From assembly GCA_045120135.1 (NCBI GenBank), contig JBGVEN010000017.1, forward strand, positions 12,278 to 76,277: a stretch of DNA of 64,000 nucleotides, read 5' to 3'. Of the stretch, positions 54,763-64,000 are shown one piece after another. The DNA is from Monoglobaceae bacterium. GTDB taxonomy: Bacteria > Bacillota > Clostridia > Monoglobales > Monoglobaceae. Under the pieces are notes generated by a model. The model was not told where the DNA came from and ran no database searches. It saw only the letters and a list, made by a program, of their open reading frames with translations. Each line of letters starts with the position of its first letter. Within the stretch, counting starts at the first letter, position 1. The translations under genes and the position numbers were made by a program.

Positions 54763-55206
54763 TTAAACAAGATTGACCAGTATATTTTTCAGCATTTTGG
54801 CACGGATAATACCCTTTTCGGGGTAGCTGACGGGAATGGAGTTGTCGCTGAGTGCTGCAAGAATTATCGAAGCTTCGCGCTGATTAATTATTCCGCAGCT
54901 GAACATATCCCGTATAAGTGCCGTTGTGCTTGCAGAGGAAATTGAATTACCAATAGCATTTACTGCGTGAAAGACATAGCTTTTGTCTTTTGGTGCAGTC
55001 CTTGTTATCCTTATATAACCGCCGCCGCCACGTCTGCTCTCTACACTATAACCCCTTTCGGGTGAAAATCTTGTTGAAATAACATAGTTAATTTGTGAGG
55101 GCACACAATTGAACCTGCTTGCAAGCTCGTTGCGTTGCAGCTCAACCTCCTGACTTTCCTCAAGCATTTCCTTGATAAATTCTTCTATTATATTACTAAG
55201 CTTCAT
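54763..55206 (-). CDS. ctsR: Class III stress-gene repressor CtsR
   Basis: 147 aa; LASRFNCVPSQINYVISTRFSPERGYSVESRRGGGGYIRI is the diagnostic CtsR wing/HTH with the glycine loop. Confidence 0.95.
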   Translation of the reverse strand: MKLSNIIEEFIKEMLEESQEVELQRNELASRFNCVPSQINYVISTRFSPERGYSVESRRGGGGYIRITRTAPKDKSYVFHAVNAIGNSISSASTTALIRDMFSCGIINQREASIILAALSDNSIPVSYPEKGIIRAKMLKNILVNLV

Positions 55207-55220
55207 TTTGGTGCTCCTTT

Positions 55221-55243
55221 TTTGACTTTGACTTTCTTTGACC
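55221..55243 (-). promoter_or_regulatory. CtsR operator (heptad direct repeats) overlapping the ctsR operon promoter
   Basis: The minus strand reads GGTCAAAGAAAGTCAAAGTCAAA, matching (A/G)GTCAAA-NAN-(A/G)GTCAAA plus a third heptad. TATAAT lies just upstream (55254-55259). Confidence 0.8.
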
Positions 55244-55404
55244 TTTTGATTACATTATAGCATTGAAACATAAAAAGTCAATAGGGAAATTGTAAAGAAT
55301 TTATGAATTGGAAAATAATACGAAAAATTTTCTGTTTTATGTTTAAATGTTGACACGAAAGAATTTGAGTGATAAAATTTAGGTAGGTAAAGGGGGCGTT
55401 AAAA

Positions 55405-56358
55405 ATGATTTCGTGTACTGAATTTATTCCAATGTACAGTGAATTTTTTAAGTTTCTTGAAAAGAAGGGCGGAGGTTATGATGCTGTTCTTAAATATTGG
55501 TATCATATTTCCGATACAAGCCTTGGCGATTTGACCAATCCGCACAGTATGGCTTCGTTCTGCGAAAAGTACGGCGGTTACGACGGCGCAAAGAAGTACT
55601 GGGGGCATACCACCTCGGAGGAGGCATGTGATACATATTCGGTTTCTGACCCGGTAAAAAGGTATTCGTACTCGGAAATGAGATATTGCCCGTCAAGGGC
55701 AATGCTTAATTCAATTGAGCATATTGAGCCTTATGAAAATTACTGCGAGCATTGTAAGATAATTTACAGCCGTGTTCTTGAAAAATACGGGGTTGTTTAT
55801 GAAAGAGACCATTCTCATGTGGATGAGGCTCGTTGTTCTTCGGTTCTTTATGAAAAGGGTAATAAGCCGACAGGAAATTATACGGAGCCGGGCGAGGGCA
55901 GGATTGTTGGCGGATGTAAGCGTGAGGGCAAGAAGTATCTGCACCGCGACTTTCATTTGCTTGGCGACAATGCGCTTAAGTACTGCGGCGAAGTTTTTGG
56001 CGACGATGCAGTTGTTGAATTCCTTACCGATTATGCAAAGACCTTTTTTGCACCGCAGATTGAAGAAGTGAAAAAGCACGGTATGATTGTGCTTAAAGAC
56101 TGGCTCGACAGACTTTACCGTGTTGAGGAGGCGTCAGAGGTTTTGCATACAGAGCTTGTGGACGATGTTTTGACCGTGACAGTTGATAAGAGCCCGGTTA
56201 TTGAATATATGCGTAGTCTTAATCAGGAGCCCAGCAAGTATTACATTGAAGAGACCCGTACCCTTTACAAGGCAATTGCAGATGAATGTGGTCTTGAATT
56301 TAAGCTGGAGTACTACAATGAAGACGGCGGAACAAAGTTTGTATTTACAAAAAAATAA
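55405..56358 (+). CDS. Uncharacterised Cys-containing protein, tandem paralogue A (317 aa)
   Basis: MISCTEFIPMYSEFFKFLEKKGG...; conserved Cys positions (MRYCPS, YCEHCKIIY, ARCSS); no family recognised. Confidence 0.6.
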   Translation: MISCTEFIPMYSEFFKFLEKKGGGYDAVLKYWYHISDTSLGDLTNPHSMASFCEKYGGYDGAKKYWGHTTSEEACDTYSVSDPVKRYSYSEMRYCPSRAMLNSIEHIEPYENYCEHCKIIYSRVLEKYGVVYERDHSHVDEARCSSVLYEKGNKPTGNYTEPGEGRIVGGCKREGKKYLHRDFHLLGDNALKYCGEVFGDDAVVEFLTDYAKTFFAPQIEEVKKHGMIVLKDWLDRLYRVEEASEVLHTELVDDVLTVTVDKSPVIEYMRSLNQEPSKYYIEETRTLYKAIADECGLEFKLEYYNEDGGTKFVFTKK

Positions 56359-56382
56359 TATAAAAAAGGATGTGTAGTTAGA

Positions 56383-57339
56383 ATGATTTCATGTACAGAA
56401 TTTATACCTCTTTACAGCGAGTTTTTCTCGTTCTTAGAGTCTAAGGGCGGTCATGATGCGGTGCTTCGTTACTGGTACCATATCTCGGATACAAGCATTG
56501 GTGATAAAACTAATCCAAACAGCCTTATTTCAAAGTGTGAGAAGTTTGGAGGGTTTGACGGAGCTCTTGCATATTGGGGGCATACTCTCAGTGAGGAAGC
56601 TTGCGATGTGTATAAAGTTGTTGACCCGGTAAGAAGATATACATACAGCCATATGCGTTACTGTCCGTCAAAGGGTATGCTTAATTCTCTGGAGCATATT
56701 GAACCGTATTATGACTATTGCGAGCATTGTAAAATTATTTACAGTCGTGTGCTTGAAAAATACGGTGTTGTTTTTGAAAGAGACCATTCGAAAATTGACC
56801 AGGCAGAATGTTCATCACTGCTTTACGAAGTGGGTAACCGTCCGGACTTTGATTATAAAGTGCCAGGTGAGCATGCGATTGTGTCGGATATGAAGAAGGA
56901 GGACAATAAGTATCTTCATCGTGATTTTCATCTCTTGGGTGATAATGCACTCAAGTACTGCGGTGAAAACTTTGGTGATAACTGTGTTGTTGATTTCCTT
57001 GCGACTTATGCGAAGCATTATTATTCACCCCAAATTGAGGACATCAAAAACCGCGGTCTTATTGCAATTAAGGAGTGGATTGAGAGGATTTATGAGGTTG
57101 AGGAGGCGTCAGAGGTTCTGCATACAGAGCTTGACGGCGAGGTGTTGACGGTGACTATTGATAAGAGTCCGGTTATTGAGTATATGCATTCTCTCAACCA
57201 AAAACCCAGCAGATATTACATAGAAGAGACCAGAACACTCTATTCGGCTATTGCTGATTCCTGCAATCTTGGCTTTACTTTGGAATACTACAATGAGGAC
57301 GGCGGAACAAGTTTTAAGTTTTTTAAAAGAAGTTTCTAG
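56383..57339 (+). CDS. Uncharacterised Cys-containing protein, tandem paralogue B (318 aa)
   Basis: Collinear with paralogue A over the full length, with the same Cys positions; 24-nt spacer. Confidence 0.6.
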   Translation: MISCTEFIPLYSEFFSFLESKGGHDAVLRYWYHISDTSIGDKTNPNSLISKCEKFGGFDGALAYWGHTLSEEACDVYKVVDPVRRYTYSHMRYCPSKGMLNSLEHIEPYYDYCEHCKIIYSRVLEKYGVVFERDHSKIDQAECSSLLYEVGNRPDFDYKVPGEHAIVSDMKKEDNKYLHRDFHLLGDNALKYCGENFGDNCVVDFLATYAKHYYSPQIEDIKNRGLIAIKEWIERIYEVEEASEVLHTELDGEVLTVTIDKSPVIEYMHSLNQKPSRYYIEETRTLYSAIADSCNLGFTLEYYNEDGGTSFKFFKRSF

Positions 57340-57483
57340 TTAAATAGCATTAAAGACTCCTGCTTTTGCAGGAGTCTTTCTGTTGGACTGTCGGGGTTAG
57401 ATATAAAAACTAATTCTTTACAAAAACAAAAGGGTGTAGTATAATAAAATAAATACAAACAAGTTACGAAAGAGGTTTTGTTT

Positions 57484-58110
57484 ATGAGTAAAGTGACCGT
57501 GCTTAATCACAGCTTGCTGACACACAAGCTTACATTATTAAGAGATAAAAATACAAGTGTAAAGGACTTTAGAGACTTGGTTTATGAAATCGGTAAGCTG
57601 ATTGCATACGAGGCAACAAAGATACTGCCCCTTGATGAGGTTACAGTTGAAACGCCTATCTGTGAGACGAAGGGCGGACTGCTCAAAAAACAGCCGGTGC
57701 TTGTACCGATTCTTCGTGCAGGGCTTGGTATGGTTGAGCCTTTTCTTGAAATTATTCCTGCGGCAAAGGTTGGGCATATCGGTCTTGAACGAGACCACGA
57801 TACGCATCTGCCCAAAGAGTATTACTGCAAGCTTCCGTCAGATATTGCAGAGCGTGAGGTTATAGTTCTTGACCCGATGCTTGCAACGGGCGGCAGTGCA
57901 AGTGCGGCAATTGAATTTATTAAAAAACGTGGTGCAAAGAATATCCGTTTTGCCTGTACCATTGCGGCACCTGAGGGCGTTGCAGTTCTTGAAAAGGACC
58001 ATCCTGATGTTGATGTGTTTGTAGGCGTGCTTGATGAATGTCTTAACGAGAATGCATATATTGTTCCGGGTCTTGGCGATGCCGGAGACAGATTGTTTGG
58101 AACATTATAA
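57484..58110 (+). CDS. upp: Uracil phosphoribosyltransferase
   Basis: ILRAGLGM, the PRPP-binding [12 protein letters not shown], and the C-terminal [16 protein letters not shown]. Confidence 0.95.
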   Translation: MSKVTVLNHSLLTHKLTLLRDKNTSVKDFRDLVYEIGKLIAYEATKILPLDEVTVETPICETKGGLLKKQPVLVPILRAGLGMVEPFLEIIPAAKVGHIGLERDHDTHLPKEYYCKLPSDIAEREVIVLDPMLATGGSASAAIEFIKKRGAKNIRFACTIAAPEGVAVLEKDHPDVDVFVGVLDECLNENAYIVPGLGDAGDRLFGTL

Positions 58111-58170
58111 TAATATTGATGATGTTTAGTTTAAAAGACCTTGCTTGATACCAAGCAAGGTCTTTTTGTA

Positions 58171-58824
58171 TTAGTCTTTAAATTCGCGGATAAGAAGTTT
58201 GGGGACGCCGAGGACTCGGCAATGCTCCAGTTCTTCGTTTTCAATTTTTACGGTTGGGTGGTTGGGGTTTATGGGGACTAATCTAAGCCAGTTTTCGCCG
58301 TATTTATATTCTACCTTTTTAAGAGTGGCGTTTTCGTCACCGTAAATTATTACGCCAATCTGGCCGCTGTAGTCCATTGTTGACTGCTTTAGCACCAGAA
58401 CCTTATCCCCGTCCTGATAGTGGGGGTACATACTGTCGCCTTTTACACGCAGCACAAAGTAATTGTCCTTGCCTCTGCCCGAAATATATTCGGCAGGAAT
58501 TTTGATTTTGTCGCCCTCCCAATCCTCAACTGCTATATGCTCGTAGCCTGCAGCTACCTCGCCGATTACAGGTAATTCAACATAATCCGTTGTAATTTCG
58601 GGAGTTGGAAGTTTTTTGTATACGTGCTCCATTCCGCAAAGTGTTCCCTGCGGAACATTGAGCACTCGTTCAATTGTTGGCACTGTGTTTGGGAGGAATT
58701 TTTTTGTCTCGCCGTTTTCGTATCGGTGCAGAGTCGATTTGGCGATACCGGTCAGCTCCGAAAGCTTTGCAAGACTTATTCCCTTTTCCTTTCGTATTTT
58801 TTTTAATAATTCATTTTTTAACAT
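58171..58824 (-). CDS. Phage CI/LexA-like repressor (XRE HTH plus S24 peptidase domain)
   Basis: N-terminal HTH (IRKEKGISLAKLSELTGIAKSTLHRYENGE) and C-terminal S24 (VKGDSMYPHYQDGDKVLV...K). Confidence 0.85.
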   Translation of the reverse strand: MLKNELLKKIRKEKGISLAKLSELTGIAKSTLHRYENGETKKFLPNTVPTIERVLNVPQGTLCGMEHVYKKLPTPEITTDYVELPVIGEVAAGYEHIAVEDWEGDKIKIPAEYISGRGKDNYFVLRVKGDSMYPHYQDGDKVLVLKQSTMDYSGQIGVIIYGDENATLKKVEYKYGENWLRLVPINPNHPTVKIENEELEHCRVLGVPKLLIREFKD

Positions 58825-58892
58825 GTTGGGTTCACCGCCTTGTTTCTTAGTATATCATACTCGTCCCAGTTTTGCAACAAAAAATAAAAAAA

Positions 58893-59024
58893 TTTCCCAA
58901 AAGTGGGTTGACAAAGCAGGAAAAATATGGTAGGATAATGCTTGTCCCAGTAATGGGACGATAAAAATAGGGCATAGAGGGGGTTAGGTATATTTTTTTA
59001 AGCATAACGTCCCAAAAGTGGGAC
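58893..59024. promoter_or_regulatory. Operator region: palindromes GTCCCA-N4-TGGGAC
   Basis: Perfect copies gtcccagtaatgggac (58944-58959) and gtcccaaaagtgggac (59009-59024), a degenerate copy tttcccaaaagtgggtt (58893-58909) overlapping a TTGACA box, and the half site gtccca at 58864. Confidence 0.55.
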
Positions 59025-59037
59025 GAAATAAAGGGGC

Positions 59038-59241
59038 GTGGTAGGGATTACAGATTATGAAATATTGATTACCGAGAGATATGGGAGCAGGGCAGACGAT
59101 GAGAGGAAGACAGAGTTTTGCGAGGAATGTAAGACGGAGATTGATTTTGTTGATGATGAGCCGTGTCGGGATAAAATGGGGAGAATATTTTGTTCGGCGG
59201 AGTGTTTTTTGAAGTTTTATGGTTGGAAAAAGATGGATTGA
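59038..59241 (+). CDS. Small zinc-ribbon protein (hypothetical)
   Basis: 67 aa, GTG start, FCEECK...C...FCSAEC. Confidence 0.35.
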   Translation: MVGITDYEILITERYGSRADDERKTEFCEECKTEIDFVDDEPCRDKMGRIFCSAECFLKFYGWKKMD

Positions 59242-59289
59242 TAATTGAATAATAATTGAAGCGGGTAAAAATTTTTTGGAGGAATACAA

Positions 59290-59676
59290 ATGACAAGAGA
59301 AAAGTTAAGACAGCTTTATTATTTAAACAGAGAGATTATAAATGATACAGAGGAGCTTGTTGAGCTTAAGATTAAGGCGAGGAAAAGTAGAAAGGCAGAG
59401 GTAAATGCTGAAAAGGAGAAGTTGGTTGCTGAGTTTGAGGCAAGGCTTGTGGAAAAGGTCAGGAGGTGCAAGGGCCTTAGAAAAGAGATAAATGAATTTA
59501 TTGACGGTATTGAGGATAGTCTTTTACGACAGATTTTTTATTATCGGTATGAAAAGTGTATGAGCTGGAGAAAAGTTGCGTTTATGGTTGGCGGCAGTAA
59601 TACAGAAGATGGTGTTAGGATGTTGACATACAGATATTTAAAAAAAATTGAGGCAAAACAGAAAGTGGTTCGGTAA
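59290..59676 (+). CDS. Phage sigma-70 region-4-like late activator (DUF1492/Xpf/ArpU-like)
   Basis: LRQLYYLNREI... coiled region, then LRQIFYYRYEKCMSWRKVAFMVGGSNTEDGVRMLTYRYLKK (HTH). Confidence 0.55.
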   Translation: MTREKLRQLYYLNREIINDTEELVELKIKARKSRKAEVNAEKEKLVAEFEARLVEKVRRCKGLRKEINEFIDGIEDSLLRQIFYYRYEKCMSWRKVAFMVGGSNTEDGVRMLTYRYLKKIEAKQKVVR

Positions 59677-59722
59677 GTTCGGAATGTTCTGATACAATAA
59701 GAATTAAGAAAGGGGCGAGGTA

Positions 59723-59986
59723 ATGGCGACAGCGAAAAAGAGTTCGGCAAAGGCGGTGGACGGGCTTATTACAGAATACATACTTTCAAAAAAGGAAGCC
59801 GCGTGCAGTATTGTTGACTTTATACTGGAAGAGTTCAAGAATCCGGTGCGAATTAAGGATGCACCGCTCAATCAGCTTTCGTCGGTAATGGGGATTTTGC
59901 TTGACAAGTTTGGTGCAGATGAAAAGGAAAAAGCATCTGATGGGCAGCTTGCAGAAATTTTTGGGGATTTTGAAGAGGTGAGGTAG
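59723..59986 (+). CDS. Hypothetical protein in the small-terminase position
   Basis: 87 aa, immediately upstream of and abutting terL; no motif. Confidence 0.3.
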   Translation: MATAKKSSAKAVDGLITEYILSKKEAACSIVDFILEEFKNPVRIKDAPLNQLSSVMGILLDKFGADEKEKASDGQLAEIFGDFEEVR

Positions 59987-59987
59987 T

Positions 59988-61190
59988 GTGAAGAAATATA
60001 AAAATCTCACCGACAGGCAAAATGAACTGATGGAGGTTGCCAAGGGTGGACTCAGGCGGATTAATATTCTTCACGGGAGTGTCAGGTCGGGCAAGACCTG
60101 GATAAGCTTGGTGCTTTGGTGTATCTGGATAAGGAATATGCCTGCCGATAAGGCGTATATTATGACAGCGAAGACTCTCACTACATTAAAGAGGAACTGT
60201 CTTGATTTGCTTGAGGTGTTGGCGGGGAAAAAGAATTTTCGGTACTCGCTTTCCAAGAAAGAGGGAGAATTATTTGGTAGAAAGATTTACCTTGAGGGGG
60301 TTAATGATGCCGGCGCGGAGAGTAAAATCCGCGGTATGACGCTTCAGGGGGCGTACTGTGATGAGGTTACGCTGTTTAATGAGGAGTTTTTCAATATGCT
60401 TTTATCCAGGCTTTCAGAGCCGGAGGCAAAGCTATTCGGCACGACCAATCCGGACAACCCCAACCACTGGTTTAAGGTGAATTACATAGACCGGCGGGAC
60501 GAGCTTGACTTTTTTATGATGGAGTTTTTGATTGACGATAACACTTTTCTTGATAAAAAATATGTTGAGGAGCTTAAAAAGGAGTACACGGGGGTTTTTT
60601 ACCGAAGATTTATTCTGGGTGAGTGGTGCAGTGCAGAGGGGCTTGTTTACCCGATGTTTGATAAAGAGAGGCACGTTGTTCGTGAAGTTCCACCGCCTGA
60701 GGGATATGCGGAATACTATATTTCTATTGACTACGGGACCCTTAATCCGTGCAGTATGGGACTTTGGAGACTTGATGACCGCGGTGCGGTGAGATTGCGT
60801 GAATGGTATTATTCGGGCAAGCAGCAAAGAGCTTTGCTCACGGATGAGGAGTATTACGAGAGGCTGGAGGCTTTGGCGGAGGGGGTTTTGGTTAAGAGTG
60901 TAATTATTGACCCCTCCGCTGCCAGCTTCATTGCGACAATCAGGCGACACGGAAAATTTTCGGTGAGAAAGGCAAACAACTCGGTTCTTGACGGAATCAG
61001 GTTGACGGGGACACTTCTTCAGGGGGACAAGCTGTTATTCCACGAGAGCTGCGAGGACAGTATAAGAGAGTTTGGTGTATATTCCTGGGACGAGGGGTGT
61101 GCCGAGGACCGTGTGGTTAAGGAGTTTGACCACGCAATGGATGATATGAGGTATTTTTGTGCTACGGTGGCGGCGAAAAGGCTGCTGTAA
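59988..61190 (+). CDS. Terminase large subunit (PBSX-type)
   Basis: Walker A HGSVRSGKTW and Walker B AYCDEV. C-terminal nuclease region with IDPSAASF and FDHAMDDMRY. Confidence 0.85.
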   Translation: MKKYKNLTDRQNELMEVAKGGLRRINILHGSVRSGKTWISLVLWCIWIRNMPADKAYIMTAKTLTTLKRNCLDLLEVLAGKKNFRYSLSKKEGELFGRKIYLEGVNDAGAESKIRGMTLQGAYCDEVTLFNEEFFNMLLSRLSEPEAKLFGTTNPDNPNHWFKVNYIDRRDELDFFMMEFLIDDNTFLDKKYVEELKKEYTGVFYRRFILGEWCSAEGLVYPMFDKERHVVREVPPPEGYAEYYISIDYGTLNPCSMGLWRLDDRGAVRLREWYYSGKQQRALLTDEEYYERLEALAEGVLVKSVIIDPSAASFIATIRRHGKFSVRKANNSVLDGIRLTGTLLQGDKLLFHESCEDSIREFGVYSWDEGCAEDRVVKEFDHAMDDMRYFCATVAAKRLL

Positions 61191-61212
61191 GAAATTTGTG
61201 AGGGGTGCATTT

Positions 61213-62553
61213 ATGTTTGATGGAATTAAAAGTTTTTTTGGAAGGAGAGGCAAAGAGATGTATGACAGTGGTATGTTAAAAAATGTTCTAAAGCGGGATA
61301 TTGCTATTTCACCGGAGATGGCACAGCTTCAGAATGTGTGGCGTGAAATGTATGAGGATAGTTCGGGGCTTCATTTGGCGGCGGCGATTTCCTTTGAGAT
61401 GGCGAGGATGGTTACGCTGGAGCTTAGCTCGAAGATTACGGGGAGCAAGAGAGCCGAGTTCCTTGATGAGGCGTATCAGAGGGTGATTGATAATATTCGT
61501 ATCCCAGTAGAGCACGGCTGTGCCAAGGGTGGACTTGTTATGAAACCGTATATTACAGACGGTGAGATACGTGTGGATTTTATTCACGCAGACGGTTTTT
61601 TCCCCACGGCATTTGATGAGTCGGGACGGATTACGGGAGCAATATTTATTCAGCCCCTTGTAAGGGATGGAAAATTCTACACAAGGGTTGAGGAACACAA
61701 GCTTGTGGGAGACCGTTATGAGATTTCGAACCGTGTGTTTAAAAGCTACAGTAGGGGAAATATTGGCCGTGAGGTGCCGATTTCCTCGGTTAAGGAATGG
61801 GCAAATCTTGCGGAGAACTGTGTAATAGGGAATATCAAGAGACCGCTTTTTGGTTACTTCAAGCCGGCGGTTGCAAACACAGTTGAGCCGGGGTCTCCTG
61901 TTGGGGTTTCGGTTTTTGCCAATGCGGTCAACTTAATTCGGGATGCGGACAAGCAGTACGAGCGGTTCTTGTGGGAATTTGAGAGCGGCGAGCGTGCACT
62001 TATCGCCAACACTATGGCGTTTAAACGCGACAAGGACGGCAGACCCAGACTTCCTGACAAACGACTGTATAAGACTTTGGATGTTGAGGATGTTGACTTT
62101 TTCCGCGAGTGGTCGCCACAGATTCGTGAAGAGGAGTTCTCCAGCGGCTTTGACAAAATATTCAGACAGATTGAGTTCAACTGCGGGTTTGCTTACGGTA
62201 CTATTTCGGCATTTAATGATACTGATAAGACGGCAGAAGAAATTCGGACATCACGGCAGCGCAGTTATACTACCATTACTGATAATCAAAAGGCACTACG
62301 AAATGCGCTTAATGATTTGGTTTATGCAATGGATGTGTGGTGTTCGCTTTATAAGCTTGCGCCTGCGGGAGGGTACAGCGTTGAGTTTGATTTTGACGAC
62401 AGCATTGCGGCGGACCGCAAAACCGAGTTTGAGGAGAAGAAAAAGTTGGTTGAGAGTGGAATTATGATGCCGTGGGAATTCCGTATGTGGTATTTTGGCG
62501 AGGATGAGGAGACTGCCAAGAGGTGTGTCGGGGAGACCCTCTCCGGCATCTAA
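61213..62553 (+). CDS. Phage portal protein (SPP1 gp6-like)
   Basis: About 446 aa directly after terL. ATG at 61213 follows GAGGGGTG. Assignment rests on position and size. Confidence 0.65.
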   Translation: MFDGIKSFFGRRGKEMYDSGMLKNVLKRDIAISPEMAQLQNVWREMYEDSSGLHLAAAISFEMARMVTLELSSKITGSKRAEFLDEAYQRVIDNIRIPVEHGCAKGGLVMKPYITDGEIRVDFIHADGFFPTAFDESGRITGAIFIQPLVRDGKFYTRVEEHKLVGDRYEISNRVFKSYSRGNIGREVPISSVKEWANLAENCVIGNIKRPLFGYFKPAVANTVEPGSPVGVSVFANAVNLIRDADKQYERFLWEFESGERALIANTMAFKRDKDGRPRLPDKRLYKTLDVEDVDFFREWSPQIREEEFSSGFDKIFRQIEFNCGFAYGTISAFNDTDKTAEEIRTSRQRSYTTITDNQKALRNALNDLVYAMDVWCSLYKLAPAGGYSVEFDFDDSIAADRKTEFEEKKKLVESGIMMPWEFRMWYFGEDEETAKRCVGETLSGI

Positions 62554-62701
62554 AGATGCCACCTCTCCCATAGGGAGAGGCAATTCTCAAAAGACAGTAG
62601 GGAGAAAATTTGTCCGGAATGACGATAAACTATCACGCAAAATGCAGACGGAAACTGCGATAACAAACCGTATTTGCAAAAATGAAAGGAGTTATAAGCT
62701 T

Positions 62702-63253
62702 ATGACAAGAGACGATTTGAGAGAGATTATTGAAGGAATTACTGACGAGCAGTTAAAGCAAATTCTGAATTTACATTCTCAGGGAGTCGGAAAGGCGAAG
62801 GGGGAGGTTGATGCGTTAAAGCTTCAGCTTTCCGAGACAGAGGCAAAGCTTGCAGGTTACGAAGAGGCTACAAAGTGTCTTGAGGAGAGTCAATGTGAGG
62901 CAGAAAAAATGAGGATTAAGATTGAAGAGCTGCAAAAAGTCATTGACGAAGCTTCGGCACAAAAGAGCCGTGAGGCACTTATAGATAGATTTGAGGGTGT
63001 GGCAGGCGATGCAAAGTTTTTGAACGATTTTACACGAAACGGTCTTTTGACCGAGTTTCTGAATGCGGTTCAGGACGAAAAGAATGTTGGCAGGTCTGAC
63101 GCTGAAATTTACGGCGGACTTGTTGAGGGCAGGGAGAACATTTTTGTTCCCGACGAAAGTGTTCCCACGGTGATTGCGTCCACTATGGGTTTTGGCGGAC
63201 ATATTACCGAAAATGATATTCGGGAGATTATGGGGCTTGCACCTCAGATATAA
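62702..63253 (+). CDS. Phage scaffolding protein (GP20-like)
   Basis: Acidic coiled coil (LKLQLSETEAKLAGYEEATKCLEESQCEAEKMRIKIEELQKVIDE). Lies between portal and capsid. ATG at 62702 follows AAAGGAG. Confidence 0.6.
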   Translation: MTRDDLREIIEGITDEQLKQILNLHSQGVGKAKGEVDALKLQLSETEAKLAGYEEATKCLEESQCEAEKMRIKIEELQKVIDEASAQKSREALIDRFEGVAGDAKFLNDFTRNGLLTEFLNAVQDEKNVGRSDAEIYGGLVEGRENIFVPDESVPTVIASTMGFGGHITENDIREIMGLAPQI

Positions 63254-63280
63254 AATTTAAGAAAGTAGAGGAAATTTTTA

Positions 63281-64000
63281 ATGTCTAATACAATTGAGAA
63301 ATTTAAACAGTACATAAATGTACTTGATGAGGTTTACAAGGTTGCGTCTGTGACTGCGGTTCTTGACGGCAATAACCGTCTTGTGAGAATGGGTGCAAAC
63401 GCAAACGAAATTATTATTCCCAAGATGTCAATGGATGGTCTTGCGGATTACAGCCGTGAAAACGGTTATGTGGGTGGTGATGTTACACTCACAAATGAAA
63501 CGGTTACATTTAACTACGAAAGAGGTCGTTCATTCACCATTGATGCGATGGACGACGAAGAAACAGCAGGTGTGGCTTTCGGTCAGCTTTCGGGCGAGTT
63601 TATCCGTACAAAGGCGGCACCTGAAATTGATGCGTTCCGTTTTGCACAGTATGCGTCTGTTGACGGCATCGGTATGGCAAGCGGTGACCTTTCGGATGCC
63701 AATGACACTCTTGCGGCACTTATTGCGGCACAGAATGCGATGGACGAGGCTGAAGTTCCTGCAGAGAGCAGAATTTTGTTTATTACACCCACACTTTACA
63801 ACGGTGTAATGAATATTGATACCACAAAATCAAAGGCAGTTCTTGATTCCTTCTGTCAGATTGTTAAGGTTCCACAGAGCAGATTCTACACTGCAATCGA
63901 CCTTTATGACGGTTCTACCGACGGCGAGACTGCAGGTCATTTTGTAAAGAATGCAAACGGCAAAAAGATTAACTTTATGGTGGTTGAGAAGTCAGCGGCT
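63281..64000 (+). CDS. Major capsid protein (3' end beyond the window)
   Basis: ATG at 63281, and the frame stays open to base 64000 (MSNTIEKFKQYINVLDEVYKV...ILFITPTLYNGVMNIDTTKSK...). It lies after the scaffold gene and is not in the ORF track because it is open-ended. Confidence 0.6.
   Translation, partial: MSNTIEKFKQYINVLDEVYKVASVTAVLDGNNRLVRMGANANEIIIPKMSMDGLADYSRENGYVGGDVTLTNETVTFNYERGRSFTIDAMDDEETAGVAFGQLSGEFIRTKAAPEIDAFRFAQYASVDGIGMASGDLSDANDTLAALIAAQNAMDEAEVPAESRILFITPTLYNGVMNIDTTKSKAVLDSFCQIVKVPQSRFYTAIDLYDGSTDGETAGHFVKNANGKKINFMVVEKSAA

Larger units (their letters stand above)
58171..64000. mobile_element. PBSX-like prophage or phage-derived element (left end; continues beyond the window)
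   Basis: Repressor, divergent operator region, sigma-like activator, terminase, portal, scaffold and capsid in order. No integrase lies between upp and the repressor. Confidence 0.75.

Noticed and set aside
60432-60950. 172-aa minus-strand ORF
   Set aside because: It is antisense to the terminase large subunit gene.
1-64000. CRISPR arrays, tRNA or rRNA genes, retron/DGR reverse transcriptases
   Set aside because: I scanned the intergenic regions by eye and found no regularly spaced direct repeats, no tRNA-like T-arm/acceptor signatures and no RT motifs. A proper tRNAscan or Infernal run could still find small RNAs I missed.

Overview
The window looks like a chromosomal segment of a spore-forming Firmicute, probably Clostridia. 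This assignment is an inference from gene content: yabP-yabQ-divIC-S1, ctsR-mcsA-mcsB-clpC, a THF-riboswitch folT-folC operon and a hexuronate (uxa) cluster. Two mobile regions interrupt the core genes. (1) An AT-rich island of about 27.5 kb (11155-38689) sits inside a NodB-type polysaccharide deacetylase gene. The two gene halves (10812-11156 and 38688-39217) rejoin in frame at a shared TC dinucleotide, and dyad-symmetric attB and attP sites can be reconstructed around it. The island carries an immR-immA-large serine recombinase module, a second large serine recombinase with a relaxase-domain protein and an excisionase-like HTH protein, and a small resolvase/invertase. It has no phage structural or conjugation genes. 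Its cargo is mostly conflict systems: a MuF-remnant::barnase toxin with barstar, a Fic protein, an amidoligase plus class-II amidotransferase pair, and a 1.9k-aa RHS/YD polymorphic toxin operon. The RHS C-terminal toxin and immunity module appears exchangeable with an inverted orphan toxin/immunity cassette through a perfect 89-bp inverted repeat. (2) From 58171 to the window end there is a PBSX-like phage region: a CI/LexA-like repressor, palindromic operators, a sigma-like activator, terminase, portal, scaffold and capsid. Other notable points are a tandem pair of uncharacterised Cys-rich paralogues next to ctsR, a canonical CtsR operator, and several candidate structured leaders. All functional calls rest on motifs read by eye from the translations; no database search was possible.
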